Source: Dehalococcoidia bacterium (GTDB lineage: Bacteria > Chloroflexota > Dehalococcoidia > UBA2979). Taken from it: a DNA stretch of 64,000 nucleotides. A program made the translations under genes and the position numbers. The stretch lies in assembly GCA_045562675.1 (NCBI GenBank), contig JBJKVL010000011.1:21092-85091 (forward strand), in the 5' to 3' direction. The notes under the pieces are model-generated. The model was given only the letters and a program-made list of their open reading frames with translations, made no database searches and was not told the origin of the DNA. This document shows, one piece after another, positions 18,681 to 29,413 of the stretch (position 1 is its first letter; each line of letters starts with the position of its first letter).

Positions 18681-19469
18681 GTGCAAATTAATTTAAATCA
18701 AGAAAATCGATCTCGAATTTTAGTATCATGTATAGCCGCACCAATAATTACAATATTTTTCCTAGAAAAAGATTTACTAATTATAGGAACAATTGCTATT
18801 TGTATGATTGCTGAATTTGAAATATCCTTACATTATTGTTCAAGAATAAAAGCTATCCTAAATTCAATTATTGGTACTGCAATCGCATTAATCGGAATTA
18901 TCTTGTTTCCTTCTTCTCTTTTTTTGTTTATCAATGCACTATTTTTAGCTGCTTTATTTTTTTTCTTATTTAAAAAAGAAAAATCTACCAATATTGCTAA
19001 CATAAGCCAATTTTATTCAGGCATAGTATGTTGGAATTTATTATTTTGTGTAATACAAATACCAGGTATAAAGTATTTTATGCTCATTATACTCACCGCA
19101 TTTACCACTGATACTTTTGCTTTTTTTATTGGTAAACTATTTGGTAAAAGGCCTTTATCAAAAAACTACTCAAAAAATAAAACTATTGAAGGAGCAATTG
19201 GTGGCTGGATTGCCGGAATGATAATATTTATAATTTTGATTGATATCATAAATATTTCTCTAACATCAGCTATATTTTGGTTACTGCTCCTTTCTTTACC
19301 AATAGTATGTCAAATAGGCGATCTATTCAGTTCAATGATTAAAAGAAAAATTGATATCAAAGATTTTTCTAATTTTTTACGTAGTCATGGTGGATTTCTT
19401 GATAGACTAGACTCAATCATTACAGCTGCATTTTATATAAATATATTGTTTATTTTGGAACTTTTATGA
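18681..19469 (+). CDS. cdsA: phosphatidate cytidylyltransferase
   Basis: GTG start; polytopic membrane protein with the C-terminal CTP-transferase signature (GDLFSSMIKRKIDIKDFSNFLRSHGGFLDRLDS). Confidence 0.8.
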   Translation: MQINLNQENRSRILVSCIAAPIITIFFLEKDLLIIGTIAICMIAEFEISLHYCSRIKAILNSIIGTAIALIGIILFPSSLFLFINALFLAALFFFLFKKEKSTNIANISQFYSGIVCWNLLFCVIQIPGIKYFMLIILTAFTTDTFAFFIGKLFGKRPLSKNYSKNKTIEGAIGGWIAGMIIFIILIDIINISLTSAIFWLLLLSLPIVCQIGDLFSSMIKRKIDIKDFSNFLRSHGGFLDRLDSIITAAFYINILFILELL

Positions 19470-20599
19470 AAAAAATTGCTATTATTGGTTCCTCAGGTTC
19501 TATTGGCCAGCAAACTCTTGAAGTAGTTGATGAATTAAAAAATGTTGAAATTATTGCATTAACTAATAATAAAAATCATGAAGCTTTAAATAAACAAATT
19601 CAAAAATACAAACCTAAGTACTTTAATATTAATAAAAAATATTTAGAACAGATCAATCACTCATCTAATGTTCAGCAATTAACTAATGAAGAAATAGCAA
19701 AATTAGAAGAAGTTGATTTATTGATAGTTGCTTCAACAGGAATCACTGGTTTAATGCCAACGATTGCTGCATTAGAAGCTGGGAAAAAAGTAGCAATAGC
19801 AAACAAGGAAGCTCTCGTTATTGGTGGTCCGTTTATTAAGAAAAAACTTGATGAAAAAAAGGAACTGGGTGCTCAATTAATTCCAATTGATTCTGAGCAT
19901 TCAGCAATTTGGCAATGCATGGCAGGAGAATCCTGGGAAAATGTGGAATCTCTTATTATCACTGCTTCAGGCGGTTCTTTACTTGATAGATCAATTGAGG
20001 ATATGAATACTATTACTCCTGCAGTTGCTTTAAAACATCCAAACTGGTCAATGGGAGACAAAATCACAATTGACAGTGCAACATTGTTTAATAAAGCATT
20101 AGAAGTTATAGAGGCAAATATTTTGTTTGATATTCCATTTGATAAAATTTATGCAATTATTCACAGAGAAAGTATTGTACATTCAATTGTTAATTTTATT
20201 GATGGCTCTTCTAAGGCACAATTAGGTCACCCTGATATGAAAATACCAATTCAATATGCGATTTCATATCCTGAAAGAGAACGCTTTGGCTCGAAAGACA
20301 TTATTAAATTGCTCAATGAAAAACAATTATCTTTTGAGCCTATTAATCAAGAAAAATTCCCAATATATCAATTAGTAATTAATGCGGCAAAAAAAGCAGA
20401 TGGAACTTTACCAGCTTTACTTGGCGCAGATGAAATACTTATCAGTGCATTTCTTGATGGTAAATGTGAATTTGGTAAAATTTATGAAGTACAAAATAAA
20501 ATTTATAATGAGTGGCAAGCATCAGATCAATTACAAATAGATAACGTTCTAGATGCTTACCAATGGGGAGAAATTTTCGCAAAAAATTGTTTAGTGTAA
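19466..20599 (+). CDS. dxr: 1-deoxy-D-xylulose 5-phosphate reductoisomerase
   Basis: IAIIGSSGSIGQQTL N-terminus, 377 aa; overlaps cdsA by ATGA. Confidence 0.92.
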   Translation: MKKIAIIGSSGSIGQQTLEVVDELKNVEIIALTNNKNHEALNKQIQKYKPKYFNINKKYLEQINHSSNVQQLTNEEIAKLEEVDLLIVASTGITGLMPTIAALEAGKKVAIANKEALVIGGPFIKKKLDEKKELGAQLIPIDSEHSAIWQCMAGESWENVESLIITASGGSLLDRSIEDMNTITPAVALKHPNWSMGDKITIDSATLFNKALEVIEANILFDIPFDKIYAIIHRESIVHSIVNFIDGSSKAQLGHPDMKIPIQYAISYPERERFGSKDIIKLLNEKQLSFEPINQEKFPIYQLVINAAKKADGTLPALLGADEILISAFLDGKCEFGKIYEVQNKIYNEWQASDQLQIDNVLDAYQWGEIFAKNCLV

Positions 20600-20614
20600 G
20601 AAGAAGAAATAAAC

Positions 20615-21727
20615 ATGATTAGTAATCACCTATCTAAATATTTATTTATATTGCTTGCCTTACTTGCAGTTATTTTTAGAAACACTCAAGCAATAAATTC
20701 TATGCTCATTTTCTTTGCAGTGATTACACTATTAGTTGTTGCACACGAATTAGCACATTACTTCACGGCAAAATTATTTCGAGTAAAAATCATTGAAGCA
20801 GGTATTGGATTTCCGCCAAGAGTTTTTGGGTATAAATTCAAAAATATTATATATTCAATAAACTTGCTTCCAATAGGAGGTTTTGTAAAATTATTAGGAG
20901 AAGAAGCATCTGATGACCCAGACTCTCTATCTCAAAAAAGTTATTTACAAAGATTTATAATACTCGTCTCAGGTTCAGTCGTTAATCTAATTTTACCAAT
21001 CTTATTATTTTCAGTAGCATTCATGATACCTCATGAAATCGAAGTTGGAAATCCTCAAGTAACATACGTACATGCTGATTCCCCGGCCTCTATTGCAGGT
21101 ATAGAAGAAGGAGATATTATAGTTGCTATAAATGAAAGAGAAACTGGCAATATTCAAACTGCAGTTAAACTTATTCGAATTAATTTAGGAAAAGAAATTA
21201 ATTTAAAAATTAAACGCTCTGATGAACTAATCAATTTGCGAGCAACACCAAGATGGAATTCTCCAGCAAGTCAAGGGCCCACAGGAATTAAAATTGCAGC
21301 TCAATATCCCTTTACAGAAAAAATTTCAATGGGTTTTATTGAAGCATCTCAAGAAGGATTAAGAATGACATTAGACTCATGGATTCTATTTAGAAATGAA
21401 ATCATTACTTGGTTTAATGGGAATAGTCAACCAGAATTTGCTGGTCCAGTTGGTATCGCTAATATAACAGGTGAGGTAGCTAGAGAAGGAGGAATTGCTT
21501 CACTCTTATCACTGACAGCAATTTTATCCTTGAATCTTGGCATCTTAAATCTACTTCCATTACCAATGTTAGATGGTGGCAGAATTTTGTTATTATTTGT
21601 TGAACTTGCAAGAAGAGGTAAAAAGATAAATCCTCAAAAAGAAGCATTGTTTCATCTAACAGGATTTTTTATATTTATTTTTCTTGCAATAATAATTACA
21701 ATTAACGATTTACTAAGGGTGATGTAA
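20615..21727 (+). CDS. rseP: RIP metalloprotease RseP (site-2 protease, M50 with PDZ)
   Basis: HELAHYFTAK (HExxH), a PDZ domain and the C-terminal LDGG motif. Confidence 0.85.
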   Translation: MISNHLSKYLFILLALLAVIFRNTQAINSMLIFFAVITLLVVAHELAHYFTAKLFRVKIIEAGIGFPPRVFGYKFKNIIYSINLLPIGGFVKLLGEEASDDPDSLSQKSYLQRFIILVSGSVVNLILPILLFSVAFMIPHEIEVGNPQVTYVHADSPASIAGIEEGDIIVAINERETGNIQTAVKLIRINLGKEINLKIKRSDELINLRATPRWNSPASQGPTGIKIAAQYPFTEKISMGFIEASQEGLRMTLDSWILFRNEIITWFNGNSQPEFAGPVGIANITGEVAREGGIASLLSLTAILSLNLGILNLLPLPMLDGGRILLLFVELARRGKKINPQKEALFHLTGFFIFIFLAIIITINDLLRVM

Positions 21728-22833
21728 TGGTCAAGAAAAATTCTCGAGAAATTACAATCAGCAATATTAAAATTGGTGGGACGAATCCTGTTGTTGTCCA
21801 ATCAATGGCAGCAACTCGTACAACAGATACGAATAAAACAATTCAACAGATAAATGCACTACACGATGCTGGGGCTAAGATAGTCAGATTGGCAATTGAT
21901 TCAAAAAAAGATGTAGAATCATTAAAAATTATCCGAGAAAATACAAATGTTGCATTATCTGCAGATTTACAAGAAAACTACAGATTAATTAAAAATATTG
22001 CGCCATATATTGACAAGGTTAGATATAATCCTGGTCATTTACATCATCATGAGCGAAGCAAATCAATAAAAGATAAAGTATCAATGATAGTAGAAGAGGC
22101 TAACAAAAATAATTTAGCAATTCGTATAGGAGTGAATTGTGGTTCAGTTGACCCAGTTTTAAAAGAAAAGTTCGATGATGATGTCGATGCTATGGTAGAA
22201 AGCGCCAGCCAGCATTGTCAAATTTTAGAAAATATGGGTTTTAAAAATTATCTAGTATCTTTAAAAGATTCAGATTATAACAAAGTTGTACGTGCAAACA
22301 AATTATTTCATAAAAATTGGCCTCAAATCCCTCTACATTTAGGCGTTACTGAAGCGGGAATGCCACCAGATGGAATTATAAAAACAAGAATTGCATTTGA
22401 ACAACTTTTGCCACTGGGTATTGGGGATACAATTAGAGTATCGCTGACTTTACCTTTCGAAAAAAAATATGAGGAAATAGTTGCTGGAGAACAAATAATC
22501 AACGATATTAATGCTGGAAGATTCAGATCTTTTCCAGAATTTCTCAAAAAATCAACAAATATAATATCTTGTCCATCCTGTTCTAGGGTTGAAAATGAAA
22601 CTTTCATTGAATTAGCTCAGGATATTAAAAAGCTAGTAAAAAATATAGATAAAAAACTTACAATTGCAGTAATGGGTTGCAGAGTAAATGGTCCAGGTGA
22701 GACTGATGACGCAGATATAGGCTTGTGGTGTGGACCCTCAGGAGTTAACTTGAAACTTAAGAAAAATTTAATCGGCCATTTTGGTTATGATGAAATTTTA
22801 CCAAAAGTACAAGAATTAATAGAAAATTACTAA
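21727..22833 (+). CDS. ispG: 4-hydroxy-3-methylbut-2-en-1-yl diphosphate synthase (flavodoxin)
   Basis: GcpE family; C-terminal Cys cluster (CPSCSR...GCRVNGPGE). Its start overlaps the rseP stop (TAATG). Confidence 0.92.
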   Translation: MVKKNSREITISNIKIGGTNPVVVQSMAATRTTDTNKTIQQINALHDAGAKIVRLAIDSKKDVESLKIIRENTNVALSADLQENYRLIKNIAPYIDKVRYNPGHLHHHERSKSIKDKVSMIVEEANKNNLAIRIGVNCGSVDPVLKEKFDDDVDAMVESASQHCQILENMGFKNYLVSLKDSDYNKVVRANKLFHKNWPQIPLHLGVTEAGMPPDGIIKTRIAFEQLLPLGIGDTIRVSLTLPFEKKYEEIVAGEQIINDINAGRFRSFPEFLKKSTNIISCPSCSRVENETFIELAQDIKKLVKNIDKKLTIAVMGCRVNGPGETDDADIGLWCGPSGVNLKLKKNLIGHFGYDEILPKVQELIENY

Positions 22834-22851
22834 ATTAAAGAAAATATAAAA

Positions 22852-24588
22852 ATGGCAATAACAAATATGTCTCAGCAATTAATTCCTACTAGGAAAGAAG
22901 CACCGAGCAAAGCTGAAACTCTATCAAATGCTTTACTTATAAGAGGTGGATATATTTCGCAACTAATTTCTGGAGTTTATAGCTACTTACCTATTGGCTT
23001 GAGAATAAAAAATAACATTATTAACATTGTTCGTGAAGAAATGAATTCTGTAGGATGCAATGAGATTCTTATGCCCGCCCTACAGCCTCGAGAATATTGG
23101 TCTCAGTCTGATAGAGATATTGCTTTTGGCGAGATATTATTTTCACTAAGTGACCGAAAAAAACGTAATCTTGTCCTTGGCCCAACTCATGAAGAAGTTG
23201 TTTCACAACTCTTTGCTGAAAATGTTGAAACATACAAGCAACTACCAATCACTCTCTATCAAATTCAAACAAAATTCCGCGATGAAGCTAGACCTAGAGG
23301 AGGCTTAGTTCGAACAAGAGAATTCACTATGAAAGATGCATATAGCTTTGATATAGATGAAGATGCCTTGAATCATTCTTACGAAAAAATGGTTCAAGCA
23401 TATGAAAAAATATTTCATAGATGTGGGATACCTGTTGTAAAAATAGAAGCGGATTCAGGCGCAATTGGCGGAAAAGGCTCACAAGAATTTATTTTTTTAA
23501 ATGAGTCTGGCGAAGATACAGTAGTTCTGTGTAGTTGTGGATATGCTGCTAATGAAGAAAAGGCTTCTATTCAAATATCTAATGATCAAAATGCAGATGT
23601 TTTAAATATTGAAAAAGTTGAAACAAATGGGTTAAAAACTATTGAAGAATTATCAAATTTTTTTGATATGCCAAAAAAACATTTTATAAAATCAGTTTTT
23701 TATATAGGTATTAATAAGGAAAAAAATGATGTACCATTCATTGCTTTTACTAGGGGTGACCTTGAAATAAATGAAGTAAAATTAGCAAATCTTTCAAATT
23801 TGACACATTTGAGACAAATGTCTGAAGAAGAGACAAAAAAGTATAATATTGTGAGTGGTTATGCTGGACCACACAAACTGAAATCTGAAATATTATCCAT
23901 AGCTGATGATTCATTATCAAATTCATTGAATTTAATTGCAGGTGCTAATGAAGAAAATAGTCATTATAAAAATATTAATTTTAGACGTGATTGGAATGCT
24001 AATATTTTTGGTGATATTAAACTAGCTACAGAAGGTTCCTTATGTCATTTATGTGGTAAAAAGTTAGAACTTAAGCGTGGAATTGAACTAGGCCACGTAT
24101 TCAAATTAGGCAGTCTTTATTCTGAAAAATTTAATATTAAGATTTCTGGGCCCAATCAACAAACAATCACACCAATCATGGGCTGTTACGGAATTGGCAT
24201 TGATAGAATACTGGCATGCGCATCAGAAAATCATATAACTGAGAATTCGCTCAATTGGCCAATGTCGATTGCACCATACAATATTCATATTGTTGATCTA
24301 AATGAAAATATAGAGAATAAACAAATATCTGACTCAATAAAACAAATTAGTCAGCATGGCATAAATATATTATTGGATGACAGAGAAGAAACTCCTGGGA
24401 AAAAATTTGCAGATGCTGATCTAATTGGTATTCCAATAAAAATTATTCTTTCAGACAGAAACCTTAAAAAGAATCAAGTTGAAATAATTAATCGCAGTAC
24501 CAATGAAACTTCTTATGCTCCAATTGAAACGTTTTATAAAGATGTAATTAATTTATATGATCAATTAATTAAAGAATGTTCCATTTAA
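22852..24588 (+). CDS. proS: proline--tRNA ligase
   Basis: Class II aaRS motifs and an editing-domain insert; 578 aa, bacterial type. Confidence 0.92.
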   Translation: MAITNMSQQLIPTRKEAPSKAETLSNALLIRGGYISQLISGVYSYLPIGLRIKNNIINIVREEMNSVGCNEILMPALQPREYWSQSDRDIAFGEILFSLSDRKKRNLVLGPTHEEVVSQLFAENVETYKQLPITLYQIQTKFRDEARPRGGLVRTREFTMKDAYSFDIDEDALNHSYEKMVQAYEKIFHRCGIPVVKIEADSGAIGGKGSQEFIFLNESGEDTVVLCSCGYAANEEKASIQISNDQNADVLNIEKVETNGLKTIEELSNFFDMPKKHFIKSVFYIGINKEKNDVPFIAFTRGDLEINEVKLANLSNLTHLRQMSEEETKKYNIVSGYAGPHKLKSEILSIADDSLSNSLNLIAGANEENSHYKNINFRRDWNANIFGDIKLATEGSLCHLCGKKLELKRGIELGHVFKLGSLYSEKFNIKISGPNQQTITPIMGCYGIGIDRILACASENHITENSLNWPMSIAPYNIHIVDLNENIENKQISDSIKQISQHGINILLDDREETPGKKFADADLIGIPIKIILSDRNLKKNQVEIINRSTNETSYAPIETFYKDVINLYDQLIKECSI

Positions 24589-24657
24589 GAAATAAAAAAG
24601 AGTTGTAGACAAAATAACCTAATGATAAGCTTATTTTGTAATGGTCTCGATGATAGA

Positions 24658-24686
24658 GGCGTGGGAGTAAAGCCCACGTCTTTTTT
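24658..24686 (+). terminator. rho-independent terminator after proS
   Basis: GGCGTGGG-agtaaag-CCCACGTC stem-loop followed by TTTTTT. Confidence 0.65.
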
Positions 24687-24735
24687 ATTTAAAATCATAT
24701 TAACAACTTTAATTTTATTTAGTTAGGATATAAAA

Positions 24736-26205
24736 ATGTCAGAGAATTTTGTGACTGCTATAAAGCAACTCTCAAAAGAAAAGAACTTGGATCCAGATAC
24801 CGTTTTTAGTGCAGTAGAAGCTGCTATGGCTTCAGCATTTAAAAAAGATGAACTGCAATATGCGAATCTAGAAGTTGAAATTGATAAAGAAACAGGCGAA
24901 ATCAACATTACTAGAATTTATCAAGTTATTGATGATGATGATATAGAAGATGATGAGATTGAGGTATCACCTGAACGAGCAACTGAAATGGGACACAAAA
25001 AAGCTAAAATAGGTGAAGACATAAAGGAAAAAATTAAAACTACAAAAAATTTAGGACGTATTGCTGCTCAAACAACTAAACAGGTTGTGTTACAAAGAAT
25101 ACGTGAAGCTGAAAGAAACTCTGTACATGATGAATTTAGCCAACTAGTTGGTGAACTTGTAAGCGGAACTGTAATCCGCATTGATCCATCAAAAAATATT
25201 ATTGTTGATATTGGTAAAGCTGAAGGCCTGATTCCGCAGAGTGAACAAATTCGTAGTGAGCATTATCGGTCTGGGCAACGAGTCAAGCTATATATTAAAG
25301 ATGTAAACAAAATGGGAAGAGGTCCGCAGATAATTTTATCAAGAAAATCAGAAAATATAATTGAAAAATTATTTGAGATTGAAGTGCCTGAACTAAATAA
25401 AGGAATAGTAAAAATTATGAAAGTAGCTCGTTCAGCAGGAAGAAGAACTAAAGTTGCAGTTATAGCTACACAGATTGGGATAGATCCCATTGGCTCAATT
25501 ATTGGTATGAGGGGGTCAAGAATTCAAAACATAATCAATGATTTAAATGGTGAAAGAATTGATCTTATAAGATGGGATTCCAATATAGCTGCTTTTATTA
25601 CAAGTGCTTTAAGCCCTGCAGAAATTGTATCAATTAATATAGAGGAATCTACTAAAACAGCATTTATTGCGGTGCCAGATAAACAATTATCATTAGCAAT
25701 TGGCCGAAATGGTGAAAATGCAACTCTTGCAGCAAAATTAACTGGTTATACTATAGATTTGCAGGCAGAAAGTGCATTAATTAATTCTGGCGAAGATCTT
25801 ATTCCCCCTCCTGAGCCAAATTTAGCAGAGATACTAGAACAAAATCAAATACAAGAACTTGAAAAATCTTTTAATCAAGAAACATTAGAAGAAAGTACAA
25901 AAGATGAGAACAATACAGATATTTCAGAAATTAAGCTAACTCCTGAACAAGAAATTATTCAAGAATACACTACCGCTGCTAATCAAGCTAATCAAGCAGA
26001 AGGTGTTACACCTGAAGAGACTCAAGCTGCCAATCAAGCCATTGAAGAAGATGCTAAAGGCATAAGATTCGCTGAAGAAATACGTGGCGTTGACCGAGGA
26101 GTTGATAAAAAATTAAAGCCTAAAAAGAAAAGAACTTCTCGAAAAGAGATTGTTGATGATGATGATGAATATGCAGAATACGCAGATCTATTTAAAGAAG
26201 ATTAA
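24736..26205 (+). CDS. nusA: transcription termination/antitermination protein NusA
   Basis: N-terminal domain, S1 and two KH domains (GSRIQNI...), plus an acidic C-terminal extension. Confidence 0.9.
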   Translation: MSENFVTAIKQLSKEKNLDPDTVFSAVEAAMASAFKKDELQYANLEVEIDKETGEINITRIYQVIDDDDIEDDEIEVSPERATEMGHKKAKIGEDIKEKIKTTKNLGRIAAQTTKQVVLQRIREAERNSVHDEFSQLVGELVSGTVIRIDPSKNIIVDIGKAEGLIPQSEQIRSEHYRSGQRVKLYIKDVNKMGRGPQIILSRKSENIIEKLFEIEVPELNKGIVKIMKVARSAGRRTKVAVIATQIGIDPIGSIIGMRGSRIQNIINDLNGERIDLIRWDSNIAAFITSALSPAEIVSINIEESTKTAFIAVPDKQLSLAIGRNGENATLAAKLTGYTIDLQAESALINSGEDLIPPPEPNLAEILEQNQIQELEKSFNQETLEESTKDENNTDISEIKLTPEQEIIQEYTTAANQANQAEGVTPEETQAANQAIEEDAKGIRFAEEIRGVDRGVDKKLKPKKKRTSRKEIVDDDDEYAEYADLFKED

Positions 26206-26231
26206 GCCAAATAACAAGTAAGGAATAATCT

Positions 26232-28049
26232 ATGGTAGAAACTGACGAAACAATTAAATCAATTATACTCCCTGATACTTTAACTGTAAAAGAACTCGCT
26301 GATGAATTAGATTTGAGTGCAATAGAAATCATCAAGGAATTAATGAAAAATGGCTTCATGGCAACAATTAACCAAGTCATTGATTTTGATACCGCAGCAA
26401 TTGTATTAACTGATTTAGGGTACGAAGCCGTTGAAAAAGATAAAGAATCAATAGACAATATTGCGCAGGATGAAAGTAAAGATAGCAAAGATGTTTTTCA
26501 GTCTTTACGATACAATCTAGATAATATAGAAAATGCAGAGCCACGTAGCCCAATAGTCACTGTTTTAGGGCATGTAGATCATGGAAAAACAACGTTATTA
26601 GACAAAATTAGAACTGCTAACGTTGCAAATAGTGAAGCAGGAAATATTACACAAAGTGTGGCTGCATATAGAGCTCAATCTCCTGATAATAGATCTATTA
26701 CTTTTATTGATACTCCAGGTCACGCAGCATTTACAAATATGCGAAAAAGAGGAGCACAAATAACAGACGTAGCCATAATAGTAATTGCTGCTGACGATGG
26801 TGTAATGCCTCAAACAAAAGAAGTTATTGAATTTGTTAAATCAGCAAATATACCAATGATTGCAGCAATAAATAAAATTGATCTTAATGATGTTTCAATA
26901 GACCGTGTTAAGCAACAGTTAATGGAAATTGGTTTGACACCAGAAGAATATGGTGGTGATTTGGTTGTATCTAATATCTCCGCTTTATCAGGAGAGGGTA
27001 TTAATGAATTGCTAGAAACTACTCAATTAATTGCTGATTTACAAGAGCTTAAAGCAAGATCAGATGATCAAGCAGAAGGAATTATTTTAGAAGCAAAAAT
27101 TGATAAAAATAAAGGAATAACAGCAACTATTATTGTACAAAATGGCACACTGCATAAAAGTGAAATTATTAGTACTGAAACAACATATGGTAAAATTCGT
27201 TCGATGCATAATGAATACAATGAAAACATAGATGAAGCAGGCCCCTCTGTCCCAGTAATAATCACTGGACTAGCAGAAATGCCAGTGCCTGGGGAAAAAT
27301 TCAGAGTTCACAAAAATGAAAAAGAGGCTAAAAAAATTATTGAAACTGCGAAGAAGAAAAATAAAAAAGATTTATTGAAAACAGCTGCAATAGCGTCTGA
27401 ATTAATAAATTCAGGAAAAAACGAAAATGACGAAACAAAACATTTAAATTTAATCATTAAATCAGATACTCAAGGAACAATGGAGCCAATTTTAAAAACA
27501 TTGGATACATTTAATACAGAAGACGTGTCGATTAATATCATAGATGCAAGTATTGGCTCTATCAACGAAGCTGATGTAAGCCTTGCTTCAATTTCAGATA
27601 GTTCAATACTTGGATTTAATACATACACTGAAACTGGTGCTGAAAAATTATCAGATCAAGAAAATATTTCAATTAGTTCATTTACTATAATTTATGATCT
27701 TAGAGAAGCAGTAGAAGCCTTAATTAATGAAATTTTAGGACCGATAGTTACTATCGAAGAAGTAGGCAAAGTTGAAGTAAAAAAGATATTTACAATTGAT
27801 AAATCAGAAATGATCGCAGGTTCATATGTCACTGAGGGCAAAATAACTAAAGGAGATCACGTAAAAATCATCAGAAACGAAGATATTCTTGCAGAATCTA
27901 TAATTGCGAATATAAAACGAGAGTCAGATGATGTGAATGAAGTAAATGCTGGAGCTGAATGTGGAATTAAATTATCGAATTTTAACAATTTTGAAGAAAA
28001 TGATCAAATAATTGCCTTTCATATTAATGAAGAAAAAAGAACAATATAA
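26232..28049 (+). CDS. infB: translation initiation factor IF-2 (compact 605-aa form)
   Basis: G-domain motifs GHVDHGKTT, DTPGH and NKID. Confidence 0.92.
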   Translation: MVETDETIKSIILPDTLTVKELADELDLSAIEIIKELMKNGFMATINQVIDFDTAAIVLTDLGYEAVEKDKESIDNIAQDESKDSKDVFQSLRYNLDNIENAEPRSPIVTVLGHVDHGKTTLLDKIRTANVANSEAGNITQSVAAYRAQSPDNRSITFIDTPGHAAFTNMRKRGAQITDVAIIVIAADDGVMPQTKEVIEFVKSANIPMIAAINKIDLNDVSIDRVKQQLMEIGLTPEEYGGDLVVSNISALSGEGINELLETTQLIADLQELKARSDDQAEGIILEAKIDKNKGITATIIVQNGTLHKSEIISTETTYGKIRSMHNEYNENIDEAGPSVPVIITGLAEMPVPGEKFRVHKNEKEAKKIIETAKKKNKKDLLKTAAIASELINSGKNENDETKHLNLIIKSDTQGTMEPILKTLDTFNTEDVSINIIDASIGSINEADVSLASISDSSILGFNTYTETGAEKLSDQENISISSFTIIYDLREAVEALINEILGPIVTIEEVGKVEVKKIFTIDKSEMIAGSYVTEGKITKGDHVKIIRNEDILAESIIANIKRESDDVNEVNAGAECGIKLSNFNNFEENDQIIAFHINEEKRTI

Positions 28050-28065
28050 GTAAAAGGAGTGCGTT

Positions 28066-28425
28066 ATGACTCGCCGTACAAAGCAGGTCGGCGCATTGAT
28101 CCAAAAAGTCATTGCCGAGATTATACAAAAAAAAATTAAAAATCCTTTTTTAAGTAACTATCTTATTTCGATCACTGATGTTGATATTTCTAAGGATTTC
28201 AGTAGTGCCAAAATATATGTAAGTTACGTACCAAATGACAATGAAGAGGAAAAAATAATACACACACTACAAAAATCTGAAGGATTTTTTAGAAAAGAAC
28301 TTAGCAATGAAATCAGAATAAAAAAAATACCAAAACTTACTTTCATTCTTGATAAAACTAATTTCAATGTGGCGAAAATAGAAAAATTAATTAAAGAATT
28401 ACCAAATAATTCAGAGAGTTTATAA
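28066..28425 (+). CDS. rbfA: ribosome-binding factor A
   Basis: 119 aa KH-like RbfA pattern. Confidence 0.85.
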   Translation: MTRRTKQVGALIQKVIAEIIQKKIKNPFLSNYLISITDVDISKDFSSAKIYVSYVPNDNEEEKIIHTLQKSEGFFRKELSNEIRIKKIPKLTFILDKTNFNVAKIEKLIKELPNNSESL

Positions 28426-28446
28426 ACATAGAGATAGTTAATTTTA

Positions 28447-29370
28447 ATGGAAAATTTTTCTGGTGGATTTATTAATTTATATAAAGAATCTAATATTTCA
28501 TCTCTACAATCATCAAGGCCATTGAAAAGAATTTTTTTGGCAAAAAAAATTGGTCATATTGGAACATTAGATCCAGCTGCTGAGGGAGTTTTACCAATTG
28601 CGATTGGTAAAGCAACAAAGTTGATTGATTTTGTATTGAAAGATAGTAAAACCTATAAAGCAATAATTGATTTTGGTATTGAAACAGATACTCTAGATCT
28701 GGAAGGCAAGATAATTCGAACAGAAAATACAGATCACATAAATGAAAGTTTAATCAAAAAAAAACTAAAAGAATTCATTGGAGAGATTGATCAGATACCT
28801 CCAGAATATAGCGCTATTAAAATTTCTGGACAGCGAGCTTATAAAATGAAAAGGAAAGGAGAAAATCCTAAAATATCTGCAAGAAAAACTAAAATTCATA
28901 AGATGCACTTGATTAAATTTATTGAAAAAAATCAAACCTGTCAACGACCAAAAGTAGAATTAGAAATAGAATGCGCAACAGGATTTTATGTAAGATCATT
29001 TGCGCGTGATTTAGGTTATGCATGCAAGACAGTTGGCACATTGGCTCATTTGCAACGTCTATCAGTGTCTTCATTGAATATTAATAATTCTTATAAAATT
29101 AAGGAAATTCTTGAAAATCAACAAAGGATTTTAGATTTTATTATTCCAATGAATCAATTAATCAAGCTGCCAAAAATAATTTTATTTGATCAAGATATAG
29201 ACTTGATTCAAAATGGAAAATTTATTGCAATGAAGAATTATAATCCACAAATAGATATACAGGAGAGCAATGATCACTATATGTGTGTTAACAAAAATGA
29301 AGAAATTGTATGTATTGCTAAAATTGATTCACAAGAGCAATTCATAAAACCATTTAAAGTCTTAATATAA
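28447..29370 (+). CDS. truB: tRNA pseudouridine(55) synthase
   Basis: GHIGTLDPAAEGVLPIAIGKATK catalytic-Asp motif. Confidence 0.9.
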   Translation: MENFSGGFINLYKESNISSLQSSRPLKRIFLAKKIGHIGTLDPAAEGVLPIAIGKATKLIDFVLKDSKTYKAIIDFGIETDTLDLEGKIIRTENTDHINESLIKKKLKEFIGEIDQIPPEYSAIKISGQRAYKMKRKGENPKISARKTKIHKMHLIKFIEKNQTCQRPKVELEIECATGFYVRSFARDLGYACKTVGTLAHLQRLSVSSLNINNSYKIKEILENQQRILDFIIPMNQLIKLPKIILFDQDIDLIQNGKFIAMKNYNPQIDIQESNDHYMCVNKNEEIVCIAKIDSQEQFIKPFKVLI

Positions 29371-29413
29371 TATAGTTGATAGGATAGAAAAAATACTATG
29401 CAGGAAATTAGCT

